Source: Myxococcota bacterium (lineage in GTDB: Bacteria > Myxococcota_A > SURF-8). Taken from it: a stretch of DNA of 64,000 nucleotides. Below, one piece after another: positions 45,467-56,217 of the stretch (its first letter is position 1; each line of letters begins with the position of its first letter). The stretch is taken from NCBI GenBank assembly GCA_963674735.2, contig CAXXQS010000001.1, positions 2,592,001 to 2,656,000 on the forward strand, in the 5' to 3' direction. Below the pieces are notes generated by a model. That model saw only the letters and a program-made list of their open reading frames with translations. It was not told the DNA's origin and did no database searches. Made by a program: the position numbers and the translations under genes.

Positions 45467-46060
45467 TCAGTCCTGTTTCTCGGCTTCGGCGGCGTCGTCA
45501 CCTTCAGCGGCGGCGTCATCTTCGGCGGCGGCGTCATCTTCAGCGGCGGCGTCATCTTCGGCGGCGGCGGGTTCTTCAGTGGATTCGGCATCGCCTTTAT
45601 CGGCTTCCGCGCTTTCATCCGACTTTTCCGCTTTTTCCGCATCGGCTTCCTGAGCTTCGGCACGGGCCTTGGCCTCGGCCGCTTCGCGCTCGGCGCGCTG
45701 GCGACGCTCTTCTTCCTCGCGCTCGCGCTCGGCGGAAATCTCGGCCATGCGCTCTTCGGCCACCACATCGTCTTCCAGCTTGATCGTCTGGTACTTGATG
45801 ATCGGTTCGATCATCTTGATGGTGCGTTCGAGTTCGGCCACGCCGTCGTTGGGCGCCAGATAGCGAAGATAGACGTAGATGCCTTTGAGGTGCTTTTTGA
45901 CTTCATAAGCCAAACGCTTTTTACCCCAATTCTGCTCGTTGATCAGGTGCCCGCCCTTGGTGTCGATCACGCCTTTGACGCGCTCCACCACCGGCGTCAC
46001 GGCATCTTCCCCGATGTCCGGTCGCAGGATGAAAATAGTCTCGTACTCTCGTTGCTTCAT
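45467..46060 (-). CDS. rpsF: 30S ribosomal protein S6 with long acidic C-terminal extension
   Basis: REYETIFILRPD, WGKKRLAYEVKK; start 46060 after GAGGAG. Confidence 0.95.
   Translation of the reverse strand: MKQREYETIFILRPDIGEDAVTPVVERVKGVIDTKGGHLINEQNWGKKRLAYEVKKHLKGIYVYLRYLAPNDGVAELERTIKMIEPIIKYQTIKLEDDVVAEERMAEISAEREREEEERRQRAEREAAEAKARAEAQEADAEKAEKSDESAEADKGDAESTEEPAAAEDDAAAEDDAAAEDDAAAEGDDAAEAEKQD
45507..45569. repeat. 18-bp coding tandem repeat (AAAEDD) in the rpsF tail
   Basis: gcggcggcgtcatcttc(g/a) x3.5. Confidence 0.9.
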
Positions 46061-46398
46061 GCGCAAACTCCTCTCGGCTAAACAGCCTCCCCTTCCGGCC
46101 GAGCGACCTCGGAGAGACAAGGGTTTGCCGGGCCTTTCAGCCCGCCAGATTGTAGTTCCCACGGCGACAGCCTCGCCGCGGACGAAGTAACCTAGCAGTC
46201 CCCCCTTGAAATGGCAAGGTTTTTTTTGATCTTGCCGCCGTCCGCCGGTCAAGGGGTTTTTCATAACCCGGGAGAACGAAAAAGAGCCCTAGGGTGCTTT
46301 GCGAAGTGAAAGATAGCTTTGAATCGTCGCCCCTTGTGACCGGCCCCGGCTCGTGCTAGATTATAGACGAAATCATTACGCGAGTCGCGGAGAAAAAC

Positions 46399-49300
46399 AT
46401 GCGGATCTTCACTCTGTTTGGATTGATTCTACATTTCGGAATAACGGTCTCGCTTTACGCCGCCCCCCTTGTCTCCGAAACGGATGTATCGCTCACCACC
46501 CTCATCGCCGCACACCCGACGGTCTTCGGCCCGAAAACCCGACTGCTGGCCGACCGGCGCTCCGGCAATGCGTTGCAAGTGACGCTATCGCAGGATTTTC
46601 TTCCCCTGACCGCCGACCTGGCACGGGTGGAACAGGTGGTTCAGCTTCTGGCGACCCGAATGGGCGACGCCACACAACTGCATGTCTTCATCGACACCCC
46701 GAACGGTCCGCGCGCACTGGACGACTTCGTCAAACAACCAAGCCCGACGACATTCGTCAATCCGCCTGCGCCGCTACCCTCGCTGGAGGCCGTCCCCGAA
46801 CAGGCGGCCTTTCCGTTCTCCGGCGGTTTGAGCGGCAAACGCATCGTCGTGAGCCCCGGCCACGGCTGGTATTGGGTGGAAAGTCTGGGTGATTGGTATA
46901 CCCAACGCCCGCTGATCAACGGCATCATCGAGGATTTCACCAACTGGCGCATGGCCGCGCACGTGATCACCGCCTTCGAGCACGCTGGGGCGGAGGTGTA
47001 TTCCTGCCGCGAACGCGATAGGAACACCACGGAAATCATCGTGGACGACGAAACCGGCGCTCCTGCCTACCAGGACGGCCCGGAATGGCAAACCAGCGAT
47101 TACACCGGCTTTGTCGGTGACACCTACCGTTTCACCTACACCTCGTCCGAAGACGGCGCGTGGGCCTGGTGGCGGCCCGACTTCCCGAAAACCGACGACT
47201 ACGCGGTTTACCTGGCGTTCCGATCCGGGGAAAACCGCGTCACCGATGCTCACTACATCATTCGCCACGCAGGCGGCGACAGCCGGATTACCGTCAACCA
47301 GGAAATCAACAGCCTGCGCTGGCTGTACATCGGCACCTACCGTTTCCGAGAAGGAAGCGCATACGGCGAGGGCGTGGCCCTCTCCCCCCAATCGGACCAG
47401 GACGGCGCGGTGATTGCCGATGCGGTCAAATTCGGTGGCGGCATGGGCAGCCTTTCACGCGATGGCGCGACCTCGAACAAACCGCGCTGGGAAGAAGCCG
47501 CCCGCTACTGGGTGGAATTCGTGGGCGCACCCCCGGAAGCGTATAATTCCACGATGGAAGACAACTCCGGCGACGTCACCGCCCGTCCCAAATACGCCAA
47601 CTGGCAAGGAGCCGACGCCTACATCTCGCTGCACTCCAACGCCGCCGGGAGCCCCAACCTGGGCTACGGCACCGATACCTTCATGTACAACGGCGACGCC
47701 ACCGAAGGCAGCGAAACCTGGCGCGGCCTCGTCCACGAGCACGTGGTGACGGCCATTCGCTCGGAATGGGATCCGACTTGGACCGACCGTGGCGTTAAAT
47801 CCGCCAATTTCGGTGAGTTACGCGAGCTGGCCAGCATGCCCGGCTGCCTGATCGAAGTCGGTTTTCACGACACCGAATACGACTCGGTTTTCCTGCGGCG
47901 GCCCCCCTTCCGCGAAACGGTCGCCCGCGCCATCGTGAAAGCCGCTTATGACTTCTTCGACGTCCCCGCCCCGCTCTACCCGCTCCCGGTACGAAATCTG
48001 CGCGCCCTGCCGGCGACTCCGGGCGTCTTGAGGCTGATGTGGGAACCGACCTCCGACCGTACCTGGGGCACCGAAACGGCTCCCGATCATTACCGGATCT
48101 ATTTATCGGAAGGCGGACAGGGCTTCGATAACGGCCTCGTGACCACAGCCGAAACACACTATGATTTCAACGATCTCGAAGCGGGTTCGCTCTACGCCTT
48201 CAAAGTTGCGGCGGTCAACGCGGGCGGCGAAAGCCTGGCCTCCGAACCGGTCGCCGTGCGATTGCAAGGCTCCGACTTTCCGCAGATCCTGATCGTCAAC
48301 GGCTTCAACCGCCTCGACCGCTCGGTTCAGGAAGAGGAAAACACGGGCGAGTACGGTCTGATTCACGCGGCCGACATCGCGGCAGGCGGCGACTATTATT
48401 TTGTCTCCGCTTCCGATGAAGCGGTCGAGCAAGGATTGGTGGATCTCACGCCTTTCGATCTGGTGGACTGGATCGCGGGTGAAGAAGCCATGCTTCCCGG
48501 CGAACCGGCGACCTATCGCAGCTTTTCCTCAGCCGCGCGCACTCAGTTGCAAACCTATCTGGCGGCGGGCGGCGCACTGTTCGTCAGCGGCTCCGAAATC
48601 GGCTGGGATATGGCGGTCTCGGCGGAAGGCGAAGCCGATTACCTGGCGTTTTATACCGACACGCTCAAAGCCGCCTATGTGGCCGACGACGCCGACACCT
48701 ACTCTTTGTCCGGAACGGTGGACGGTTTGTTCGATGGCATGACCTTCGGTTTCGACGACGGCAGCCACGGCATCTACGATGTGGACTGGCCCGACGTGAT
48801 TTCGCCAGCCACCGATAGCGGCGCGACCCTCTGTCTCACCTACGAAACACCCTCCAAGGGGGCGGGAATCTGCGCCCCCGACCTCGTCTATCTGGGCATC
48901 CCCTTCGAAACGCTCCAACCGCCAGACACCCGGCGGGAAGTCATGCAGCGCATTCTGGGCCACTTGACCAGTGAAGGGAACCCCCCGGTGGTCCCCGATG
49001 GCGACGCCGACAGCGAACTGGATGGCGACTGGGAGTACGACACCGACTTCGAGGCTTGGCCCGACGGCGATTTCGAATACACGGAATTCGTCGAAACCGA
49101 CGCTAAAACCCCAATCGACGACTTCCCGCTGCCGGATGGCGACGTCGGCCCCAACGACGAAACGGATCCGCCGGACGGCGATGTCAACGGCGAAACCGAC
49201 GGCGATGGCACCGACGAACCGACCACGCCGTCCTCCTGCCTCCCCGGTTACAGTTTACAGGGAGACCGTTGCGTGCAGGATCAGGCAGAGGGTTCGGATG

Positions 49301-49413
49301 GCTGCCGAAACACGGGCGGAAACGGTCCCGATATCGGGTTGGCTTTGTTATTGGCACTCATGGTTTGGCTGCGCCGACGATCGAATTCAAAAAGCGACTC
49401 TTGTTTTTCATAA
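46399..49413 (+). CDS. N-acetylmuramoyl-L-alanine amidase (Amidase_3) with golvesin-like insert, FN3 domain and MYXO-CTERM-like anchor
   Basis: SPGHG, E, SLHSNA, LIEVGF Zn motifs; W..IG.Y.F..VIADAVKF insert; YAFKVAAVNAGGES; C-terminal GC..GG..hydrophobic-RRR. Confidence 0.82.
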   Translation: MRIFTLFGLILHFGITVSLYAAPLVSETDVSLTTLIAAHPTVFGPKTRLLADRRSGNALQVTLSQDFLPLTADLARVEQVVQLLATRMGDATQLHVFIDTPNGPRALDDFVKQPSPTTFVNPPAPLPSLEAVPEQAAFPFSGGLSGKRIVVSPGHGWYWVESLGDWYTQRPLINGIIEDFTNWRMAAHVITAFEHAGAEVYSCRERDRNTTEIIVDDETGAPAYQDGPEWQTSDYTGFVGDTYRFTYTSSEDGAWAWWRPDFPKTDDYAVYLAFRSGENRVTDAHYIIRHAGGDSRITVNQEINSLRWLYIGTYRFREGSAYGEGVALSPQSDQDGAVIADAVKFGGGMGSLSRDGATSNKPRWEEAARYWVEFVGAPPEAYNSTMEDNSGDVTARPKYANWQGADAYISLHSNAAGSPNLGYGTDTFMYNGDATEGSETWRGLVHEHVVTAIRSEWDPTWTDRGVKSANFGELRELASMPGCLIEVGFHDTEYDSVFLRRPPFRETVARAIVKAAYDFFDVPAPLYPLPVRNLRALPATPGVLRLMWEPTSDRTWGTETAPDHYRIYLSEGGQGFDNGLVTTAETHYDFNDLEAGSLYAFKVAAVNAGGESLASEPVAVRLQGSDFPQILIVNGFNRLDRSVQEEENTGEYGLIHAADIAAGGDYYFVSASDEAVEQGLVDLTPFDLVDWIAGEEAMLPGEPATYRSFSSAARTQLQTYLAAGGALFVSGSEIGWDMAVSAEGEADYLAFYTDTLKAAYVADDADTYSLSGTVDGLFDGMTFGFDDGSHGIYDVDWPDVISPATDSGATLCLTYETPSKGAGICAPDLVYLGIPFETLQPPDTRREVMQRILGHLTSEGNPPVVPDGDADSELDGDWEYDTDFEAWPDGDFEYTEFVETDAKTPIDDFPLPDGDVGPNDETDPPDGDVNGETDGDGTDEPTTPSSCLPGYSLQGDRCVQDQAEGSDGCRNTGGNGPDIGLALLLALMVWLRRRSNSKSDSCFS

Positions 49414-49455
49414 TGATTTCCACGATGTCGGCACTTTGCAAGCGGAAAAATCCGC

Positions 49456-49484
49456 TTGACTTGACAAGCGTTTGATCATAAGAT
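49456..49484 (+). promoter_or_regulatory. Putative sigma70 promoter
   Basis: TTGACT-17-TAAGAT, 76 bp upstream of the giant lipoprotein gene. Confidence 0.55.
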
Positions 49485-49560
49485 GATAAAGATAGGAGCC
49501 ACGCGGTATCTCACAATTTATGGAAGTGTTACCTTCATCATGTAGTCCAGGAGCGAACAC

Positions 49561-52500
49561 ATGCACACGATAAGTTTATCGATGGGGCGTCGGACCCTAT
49601 GGGTCCTTCTGTTGGCGCTGCTTCTTTTCGCAACCGCCGCCTGCAGCGATAGTAACAATCAGGCTGTGCCGGGCGACAACGAGGTGGCCACCGACGGCGA
49701 TACCGGTCCAATCGACGATGAATGTACGCTCGACAGCGAGTGCATCGACACGTACGGAAGCGGCTACGTGTGCTTCCTGGGCGCCTGCGTGACACAGAAC
49801 AGTTGCGCCGACACGTCCCTGGGCGACTGCGCCTTCGATAACGATTGCAATGCCGGTGAATATTGCGACGACACCTGCACCTGCACCGAATATGTCGACA
49901 CCGACGGCGACGACCCCTCCGATGGCGACGGCGGTGACGACAATTGGGATTGCAACAAGCAGCCCTGTATCACGATCAGCCCCAGCCGACTCAACTTCGG
50001 AGCCGTGGTGCTCAACGAATCCGGCCTGCAAACCTTCAACATCCGCAACGACGGCGGCGACGTGCTGGAAATCATCTCGATGGAATTCAGCAACGACACC
50101 AGCCCCGACTACGACTGGCAAGCCCGCCCCCAACTTCCCCTGCGCCTATCTCCCGGCGAATCTCAAGGTTACTCGATCCTGCTCACGCCAACCGATCCGG
50201 GTAAAGACCTCGGCAAAGTGGAAATCGTCTGCAACGATTTGAGCCGCACCGCCAATAACGGACAACCAGTGGTGATTCTGGAAAGCGAAGAAAAGGGCAC
50301 CTCCGAGATTTTCGTCTCGCCGACGGAATACGATTTCGGCGAAGTCGAGGTCGGCAGCCAGGAAATCCCCCTGCAGATCACCCTCAAAAACGTGCGCCCC
50401 GACACCCAGGATGAAGTGAACAAAACCCTGAGTATCCTCGGTATTACACTCGATCCGCCACCCTCCCAGCAGCCGAATTTCCGTTTACAGGAGAACCTGA
50501 GCGACAGCATCCCGATTTACCTCGGACCCGAAAACACCGCCTTCTTCTTCGTGTATTACCGGCCGCAAACGGAAGGCGTCCACGACGTGCGGATCGTCAT
50601 CACGCATGATGCCGATACCAACCCGTACTCCCCTCCCAGCCCGAACAACCAAGTGTATGTGGATCTGGAAGGCAGCGGGGTACAACCCTGCCTGGAAGTC
50701 GAGCCCAACCCCATCGATTTCGGAAAAATCACCGTCGGCCAGACCACCTCGAAGGAAGTCGCTTTACGCGCGGCCTGCGGCGGCACGATCGAAATCTGCG
50801 GCATCGAATGGCAGACCCCACCCGACGAGGATGAATTGAAGCTCGACGTCCGCGGCGGCGTGGCCAGCGCCATCATTCCGCCCAATCAATATCAAACATT
50901 CCGCGTGGAGGCATCTCCACAAACGTTGGGTTTCCAGCAATACTTCATCAACATCTGCAGCAACGACATCGACGAACCGACCCAGAAAATACCGGTCCAA
51001 TTTGAAGGCGTCCAGAGCCTGATCGTGGTGCAGCCCACCGTGATCGACTTCGGCCGGGTGTTGCTCGAATCCACCGATTCCGAAACCCTCACCGTTACAA
51101 ACATGGGCACCGGCCAACTCGATATCACCAGTATCACGGTCACCAACCCCACCGAAGACGCGCAAGCGTTTACGCTCGATCCGGTCGACGCGCAGTCCCT
51201 GCCCGTTACTTTGGACTATACCGCATCGGAGACATTCACCATCCGTTACACGCCGCGCCATCAGCAGGAACTGTTCGTCCATGAAGGAAAACTGACCATC
51301 CACACCAACAACCCCACCACACCGCAGTACGACGTTACCGTGCGTGGAACGGCTGTGTGGCCCTGGTGTCAATTCTCCGTGGTCGGCGATCCCAACTTCG
51401 TCGACACGATCGATTTCGGTGAAGTGGCCATCGGCACCTCGAAAACCAACAAACTGCGTGTCACCAATGAAGGCTCTTACAAATGCGAAGTTCCGCAGGT
51501 GAAGGTCATCTCGGGCACCAGCGAGTTTTACACCGTCTGGCCACCGAGCAACACGGGCATCGAACCCGGCGACCACTTCGATTTCGACATCACTTATGAA
51601 CCGCAGCTTTACACCGGTCAACACAACGCGGTATTGCAGGCGCAAACCAACGATTTTCGGCCCGACCATGCCGAGGCCGATTTCAACCTTCATGGTTCGG
51701 GCGTTAACCCTGTGATCGCCGTATCACCGCCGACCACCTTGGCGTCTCCCCACGATTTCGGCGAAGTCGAAAACAACACCTGCAAGGGACCGGTGGAAAT
51801 CCGGGTGCAGAACATCGGCTTCGGAACCCTGGTCATCGATGAAATCGGGATCGCACTGATGAGCGTCGAAGAGGCCTGGCCGATGGTCAACTTCGATCCA
51901 CCCCTGGTGGAATCGGTTGAAATCGCCCCCAATTCCAGCCAGGAACCCAACAAAGAATGGGTATTCACGGTGGATTTCTGCCCCTATCATTACCTCTTCC
52001 AGCACAAGCTTCACCTGTGGATCCACTCCAACGACCCGGTCAACGAGTTGACTTGGGTGTATTTCGAAGGCACGGGCGTGCCCTGCCAGGACGAGCATTA
52101 CACCATCGACCCCGAAGATCCCTGCGGGTACTACTGCTTCCGGCCCACCCCGGAATCCCAGGTGCCGTATGAAATCTGCGACGGCTACGACAACGATTGC
52201 GACGGAAACACCGATGAAGACTTCCCCATCGGCGTGCAGTGCGACGGCGTCGGCGCCTGCGGGCTGGGCACCTATGAGTGCGCGGGCGATCGTTTCTCGG
52301 TGCGCTGCTCCACCGACGTGGGCGGCTCGCAGTTCGTCTACAACGAGGAAGTGTGCGACACCCTCGACAACGATTGCGACGGAGAAACCGACGAAAACTT
52401 CCTCGTCGGCGAAATCTGCGTCGGCGAAGGCGAATGCGGTCTCGGTGAATGGCGCTGTAAAACGGCTTCCGAAGCCTACTGCAACGCCAACGACAACGGG

Positions 52501-54438
52501 GCAGCGGACGACCAATGCGATGGACTGGACAACGACTGCGATGGCGAAGTCGACGAAGATCCTTATTTCGTCGCTTACAAAGGCGATCCGGCTCCCCGCT
52601 GCAACGATAACGGCCACTGCATCGGCGACTTGTGCACCGGTCAGGGCGGTTGCGGCACGGAAGGCTTCGGCTTCATCGAATGCGCTTCGCCCCTGACCAT
52701 CGACGACAAATACTGGGTGCAGTGTTCCTCCGATCCGCACGGCAGCACCAGCTCGAACTCCTATGAAGTCTGCAACGACCAGGACGACGACTGCGATAGC
52801 GAGACCGATGAGGATTATTTCACCGGTCGTTACGATCAGGAACCCCATCTGGTGGGAACTCAATGCCAAGGCCAGGGCGTTTGCGGCTTCGGCGTATGGG
52901 AATGCGACCCGCGCAACTTCCTGCAGGTTATCTGCTCGACCGACATCGGCGGCAGCGACTATATCTTCCAACAGGAAACCTGCGACGGCTTCGATAACGA
53001 TTGCGACGGCATGACCGACGAGGATTTCAGCATCTACGATCCGCAAGGCAACCCGGTATCCTGTTCGGGAACGGGCGAATGCGGACAAGGCGTATGGGAA
53101 TGCCACCCCAACGGCACCACCCGCCGCTGTTCCAGCGATCCGGGCGGCAGCGACTACATCTACTTCCAGGATTTCTGCGACGGACTGGATAACGATTGCG
53201 ACGGGGAAACCGACGAAAGCTACAACATCAACGATCCCTGCATCGGAATCGGCCAATGCGGCTCCGGTGTCTGGGAATGCGACACCACCACGACGGTGCG
53301 CTGCTCCACCAACCCCGGCGGATCCGAAAACATGGCCGAGCCGGAATTATGCGATAACCTGGACAACAACTGCAACGGTCTCACCGACGATTTCATGCAG
53401 GTCGGCCAACCCTGCGAAGGTTTGGGAGAATGCGGACCGGGCATTTACGAGTGTAAAAACTTAAACGAGCAACGCTGCTCCACCGACTATTCCGGCAGCC
53501 AGTACCAAGGCTCCCCCGACATCTGCGATGGGTTGGACAACAACTGCAACGGCCAGACGGATGAAGATTACGGTGCAGGCCAAACCTGTATCGGTATCGG
53601 CGTCTGCGGGGAAGTGCCGGGCGAGTGGGAGTGCGCCAGCACAAACTCGCGCCGCTGCTCCACCATGCCGGGCGGCAGCGCAGACCGCAGTTCGGAAGAA
53701 ATCTGCAACGAGAAGGATGACGATTGCAATGGGTACGTCGATGAGACCTTCGACTTCTCGACCGATCCCAGCAACTGCGGCGGATGCAACATCGACTGTG
53801 AAGCCCCCAACGGCGTACCCGACTGCGACAATGGTCGGTGTGTCGTCGCGGGATGTTCATCCGGTTATTACGACATCGATGGCGAAGCCGATAATGGTTG
53901 CGAATGCCTCGTGGATTCCTCCGACAGCGGAGGCGTCGGAAATTCTTGCGGGAATTCCGTGCAGACCAACCCCCCGATCCTGATCGACAACAACCACCAG
54001 TATGCGCTGGTATCTGGAAACATTGCCCCGCTGACCGATGCCGATTGGTTCCAGTTTCAAGCGCAGGACGGCCCGGAATCGGGCCCGAACTACTGTGACG
54101 AATTCTTCGTATCGGTTCAATTCACGAACAACCCGGACGCCGAATTCGCCTTCGACATCTACCTGAACGACTGCGCGGAGATGGTCTGCACCGGTGAAAC
54201 GAACTACAATTTCGCCACCGACGACAAATTCCCTCCCGTTACGGCGGATGACAAAGCCTGGGGCCGCGGCCATTGCCCGTGCAAACCGACGGCGCAAAGT
54301 GTCACCGGGTTCAACAATTGCGAAACGCAGAATCTGACCTTCTTCGTAAAGGTCTACCGAGCGCTATCGGCGGGCCAAAGCCCGACCTGCAGCACGTATG
54401 AACTGGAGGTATCCAACGGGCTATACAGCAGCCCGTAA
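49561..54438 (+). CDS. Giant Cys-rich surface lipoprotein: about 6 Ig-like (choice-of-anchor D/ASH-like) domains and 9 CDG.DNDCDG.TDE repeats
   Basis: Lipobox TAAC; repeated P...(D/N)FG.V domain starts; nine putative metal-binding (MopE-like) repeats; 1625 aa. Confidence 0.8.
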   Translation: MHTISLSMGRRTLWVLLLALLLFATAACSDSNNQAVPGDNEVATDGDTGPIDDECTLDSECIDTYGSGYVCFLGACVTQNSCADTSLGDCAFDNDCNAGEYCDDTCTCTEYVDTDGDDPSDGDGGDDNWDCNKQPCITISPSRLNFGAVVLNESGLQTFNIRNDGGDVLEIISMEFSNDTSPDYDWQARPQLPLRLSPGESQGYSILLTPTDPGKDLGKVEIVCNDLSRTANNGQPVVILESEEKGTSEIFVSPTEYDFGEVEVGSQEIPLQITLKNVRPDTQDEVNKTLSILGITLDPPPSQQPNFRLQENLSDSIPIYLGPENTAFFFVYYRPQTEGVHDVRIVITHDADTNPYSPPSPNNQVYVDLEGSGVQPCLEVEPNPIDFGKITVGQTTSKEVALRAACGGTIEICGIEWQTPPDEDELKLDVRGGVASAIIPPNQYQTFRVEASPQTLGFQQYFINICSNDIDEPTQKIPVQFEGVQSLIVVQPTVIDFGRVLLESTDSETLTVTNMGTGQLDITSITVTNPTEDAQAFTLDPVDAQSLPVTLDYTASETFTIRYTPRHQQELFVHEGKLTIHTNNPTTPQYDVTVRGTAVWPWCQFSVVGDPNFVDTIDFGEVAIGTSKTNKLRVTNEGSYKCEVPQVKVISGTSEFYTVWPPSNTGIEPGDHFDFDITYEPQLYTGQHNAVLQAQTNDFRPDHAEADFNLHGSGVNPVIAVSPPTTLASPHDFGEVENNTCKGPVEIRVQNIGFGTLVIDEIGIALMSVEEAWPMVNFDPPLVESVEIAPNSSQEPNKEWVFTVDFCPYHYLFQHKLHLWIHSNDPVNELTWVYFEGTGVPCQDEHYTIDPEDPCGYYCFRPTPESQVPYEICDGYDNDCDGNTDEDFPIGVQCDGVGACGLGTYECAGDRFSVRCSTDVGGSQFVYNEEVCDTLDNDCDGETDENFLVGEICVGEGECGLGEWRCKTASEAYCNANDNGAADDQCDGLDNDCDGEVDEDPYFVAYKGDPAPRCNDNGHCIGDLCTGQGGCGTEGFGFIECASPLTIDDKYWVQCSSDPHGSTSSNSYEVCNDQDDDCDSETDEDYFTGRYDQEPHLVGTQCQGQGVCGFGVWECDPRNFLQVICSTDIGGSDYIFQQETCDGFDNDCDGMTDEDFSIYDPQGNPVSCSGTGECGQGVWECHPNGTTRRCSSDPGGSDYIYFQDFCDGLDNDCDGETDESYNINDPCIGIGQCGSGVWECDTTTTVRCSTNPGGSENMAEPELCDNLDNNCNGLTDDFMQVGQPCEGLGECGPGIYECKNLNEQRCSTDYSGSQYQGSPDICDGLDNNCNGQTDEDYGAGQTCIGIGVCGEVPGEWECASTNSRRCSTMPGGSADRSSEEICNEKDDDCNGYVDETFDFSTDPSNCGGCNIDCEAPNGVPDCDNGRCVVAGCSSGYYDIDGEADNGCECLVDSSDSGGVGNSCGNSVQTNPPILIDNNHQYALVSGNIAPLTDADWFQFQAQDGPESGPNYCDEFFVSVQFTNNPDAEFAFDIYLNDCAEMVCTGETNYNFATDDKFPPVTADDKAWGRGHCPCKPTAQSVTGFNNCETQNLTFFVKVYRALSAGQSPTCSTYELEVSNGLYSSP

Positions 54439-54510
54439 ACCGGCGTTTGTGCTGGCTGTTTAAGCTGAATGGAAACACGTACACCCGGATATCGGTAGGG
54501 GATTGGAAAA

Positions 54511-54729
54511 ATGATGCAGGCACGCTTACACAAGAAGCTTTATAGCTCCGCCGGTGTAAAAAATGCAATCTCGGCTTACAGCGAGCTTTGTCATAGCGAA
54601 ATGGCGAAGGATGGCGATCATTATGTGGTAACCTTCTCCGCCATCGACCCCGACATCAAGGATGTTCTGGTCGATGAATTCGCCAACTACGCGCTGTATG
54701 GCACGATTGCAGGAAAGAAGACATGGTAG
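54511..54729 (+). CDS. hxsD: HxsD-like small protein of a His-Xaa-Ser system
   Basis: 72 aa, LYS..V..AI.AY...EFANYAL pattern; overlaps the start of the radical SAM gene. Confidence 0.7.
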   Translation: MMQARLHKKLYSSAGVKNAISAYSELCHSEMAKDGDHYVVTFSAIDPDIKDVLVDEFANYALYGTIAGKKTW

Positions 54730-56204
54730 TCAACCCCAAGAAAATCAATAAATCACTCGCCAATATTCGCTTTCGGCGATTGAACGACCAGATTCTGGTC
54801 ACCAACGATCTCGGCCGCTGGATCTGGCTGTCCGAGGAGCAGTTCGAACAACTTCTGAACGACGATGTCGAGGCGGATTCCGACTTGCATCAATCCCTGA
54901 ACCAAAAGGAATTCCTGCGCGATCCCAATTATCTGCATCGGGCGACCGACATCACACGCTGGCGTAGCGAATTTCTGAACTCGGGTCCGAATCTGCACAT
55001 CATGATTCTGACTCTGCGCTGCAACTACACCTGTCGCTATTGCCACGCCTCGCGCGAAGCCATGGACCGACAGGAATTCGACATGCCGATCGAACGGGCG
55101 CGTCAGGTAATCGACGCGATTTTCGACAGTCCCTCCCCGGCGGTCAACATCGAGTTTCAGGGTGGCGAGCCGCTGGCCAACTGGGATGCATTGCGGTTTG
55201 CGGTGGAATACGCCACCGAGAAAAACGCCCAGGCCGGAAAAGATCTGGCGTTCACCCTGGTTTCCAATCTCAGCTTGATGGACGACGAGAAACTGGCTTT
55301 CCTGTTGGACAACAACGTTTACGTTTGCACATCTCTGGACGGTCCGAAGGAACTCCACGAAAAGAACCGCGTGTGGTGCGATGGATCGAGCTACGACGCC
55401 ACCGTACAATGGATTGAGCGCTTCCATGACGAATACAAAAAGCGCGGCTACGACCTGGACGTCTTTCACGTCGATGCCCTGATGACCACCACGCGCTTCT
55501 CGCTGCCGCTGTGGAAGGAAATCATCGATGAATACGTCAAACTCGGGCTGAAATCCATTCACCTGCGGCCGCTCAACCCCTTCGGTTTCGTCACCAAAAC
55601 CTGGGAGCAGATCGGTTACTCGATGGAGGAGTTCAACGATTTCTACGAGAAATCGCTGGAGTACATCATCCAGCTCAATCTCAAGGGAACCGAATTGATC
55701 GAACGCATGGCAGCCATCTACCTCACTCGCATTCTCACCGACCGCGACCCCAACTACATGGAATTGCGTTCGCCTTGCGGGGCCGGCATCGGCCAGATCG
55801 CCTATAACTACGACGGCAAGGTTTTCACCTGCGACGAAGGTCGCATGATGGATCAAATGGGCGACAGTATTTTCCAGATGGGTGAAATCGAGCATGATTG
55901 CTACAACGACATGATCGAATCGGACGCCGTTCGAACCCTGGTTCTCGCCTCGGTGCAGGATGGCCTGCCCTTCTGCAGCGATTGCGCTTACAAGCCTTAC
56001 TGCGGCGTTTGTCCGATATACAATTACGCCACCCAAGGCGATATCTTCGGCCAGATGCCGACCAACGGACGGTGCAAGCAGGCCATGGCCAGCTTCGACC
56101 GGCTGTTCACGTACTTAATGAAAGAAGATCGCGATATTCAAAGCGTGTTCGAGCGTTGGATCACTGTGAAGTTCCGTCAAATCGACGCGTGTGATCCCTA
56201 TTAA
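54723..56204 (+). CDS. hxsB: His-Xaa-Ser system radical SAM/SPASM maturase
   Basis: CNYTCRYC, IEFQGGEPL, LRSPCGAGIGQIAYNYDGKVFTCDEGRM, CSDCAYKPYCGVCP; adjacent to the HxS precursor. Confidence 0.88.
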   Translation: MVVNPKKINKSLANIRFRRLNDQILVTNDLGRWIWLSEEQFEQLLNDDVEADSDLHQSLNQKEFLRDPNYLHRATDITRWRSEFLNSGPNLHIMILTLRCNYTCRYCHASREAMDRQEFDMPIERARQVIDAIFDSPSPAVNIEFQGGEPLANWDALRFAVEYATEKNAQAGKDLAFTLVSNLSLMDDEKLAFLLDNNVYVCTSLDGPKELHEKNRVWCDGSSYDATVQWIERFHDEYKKRGYDLDVFHVDALMTTTRFSLPLWKEIIDEYVKLGLKSIHLRPLNPFGFVTKTWEQIGYSMEEFNDFYEKSLEYIIQLNLKGTELIERMAAIYLTRILTDRDPNYMELRSPCGAGIGQIAYNYDGKVFTCDEGRMMDQMGDSIFQMGEIEHDCYNDMIESDAVRTLVLASVQDGLPFCSDCAYKPYCGVCPIYNYATQGDIFGQMPTNGRCKQAMASFDRLFTYLMKEDRDIQSVFERWITVKFRQIDACDPY

Positions 56205-56217
56205 GGAGGATCGGCGA

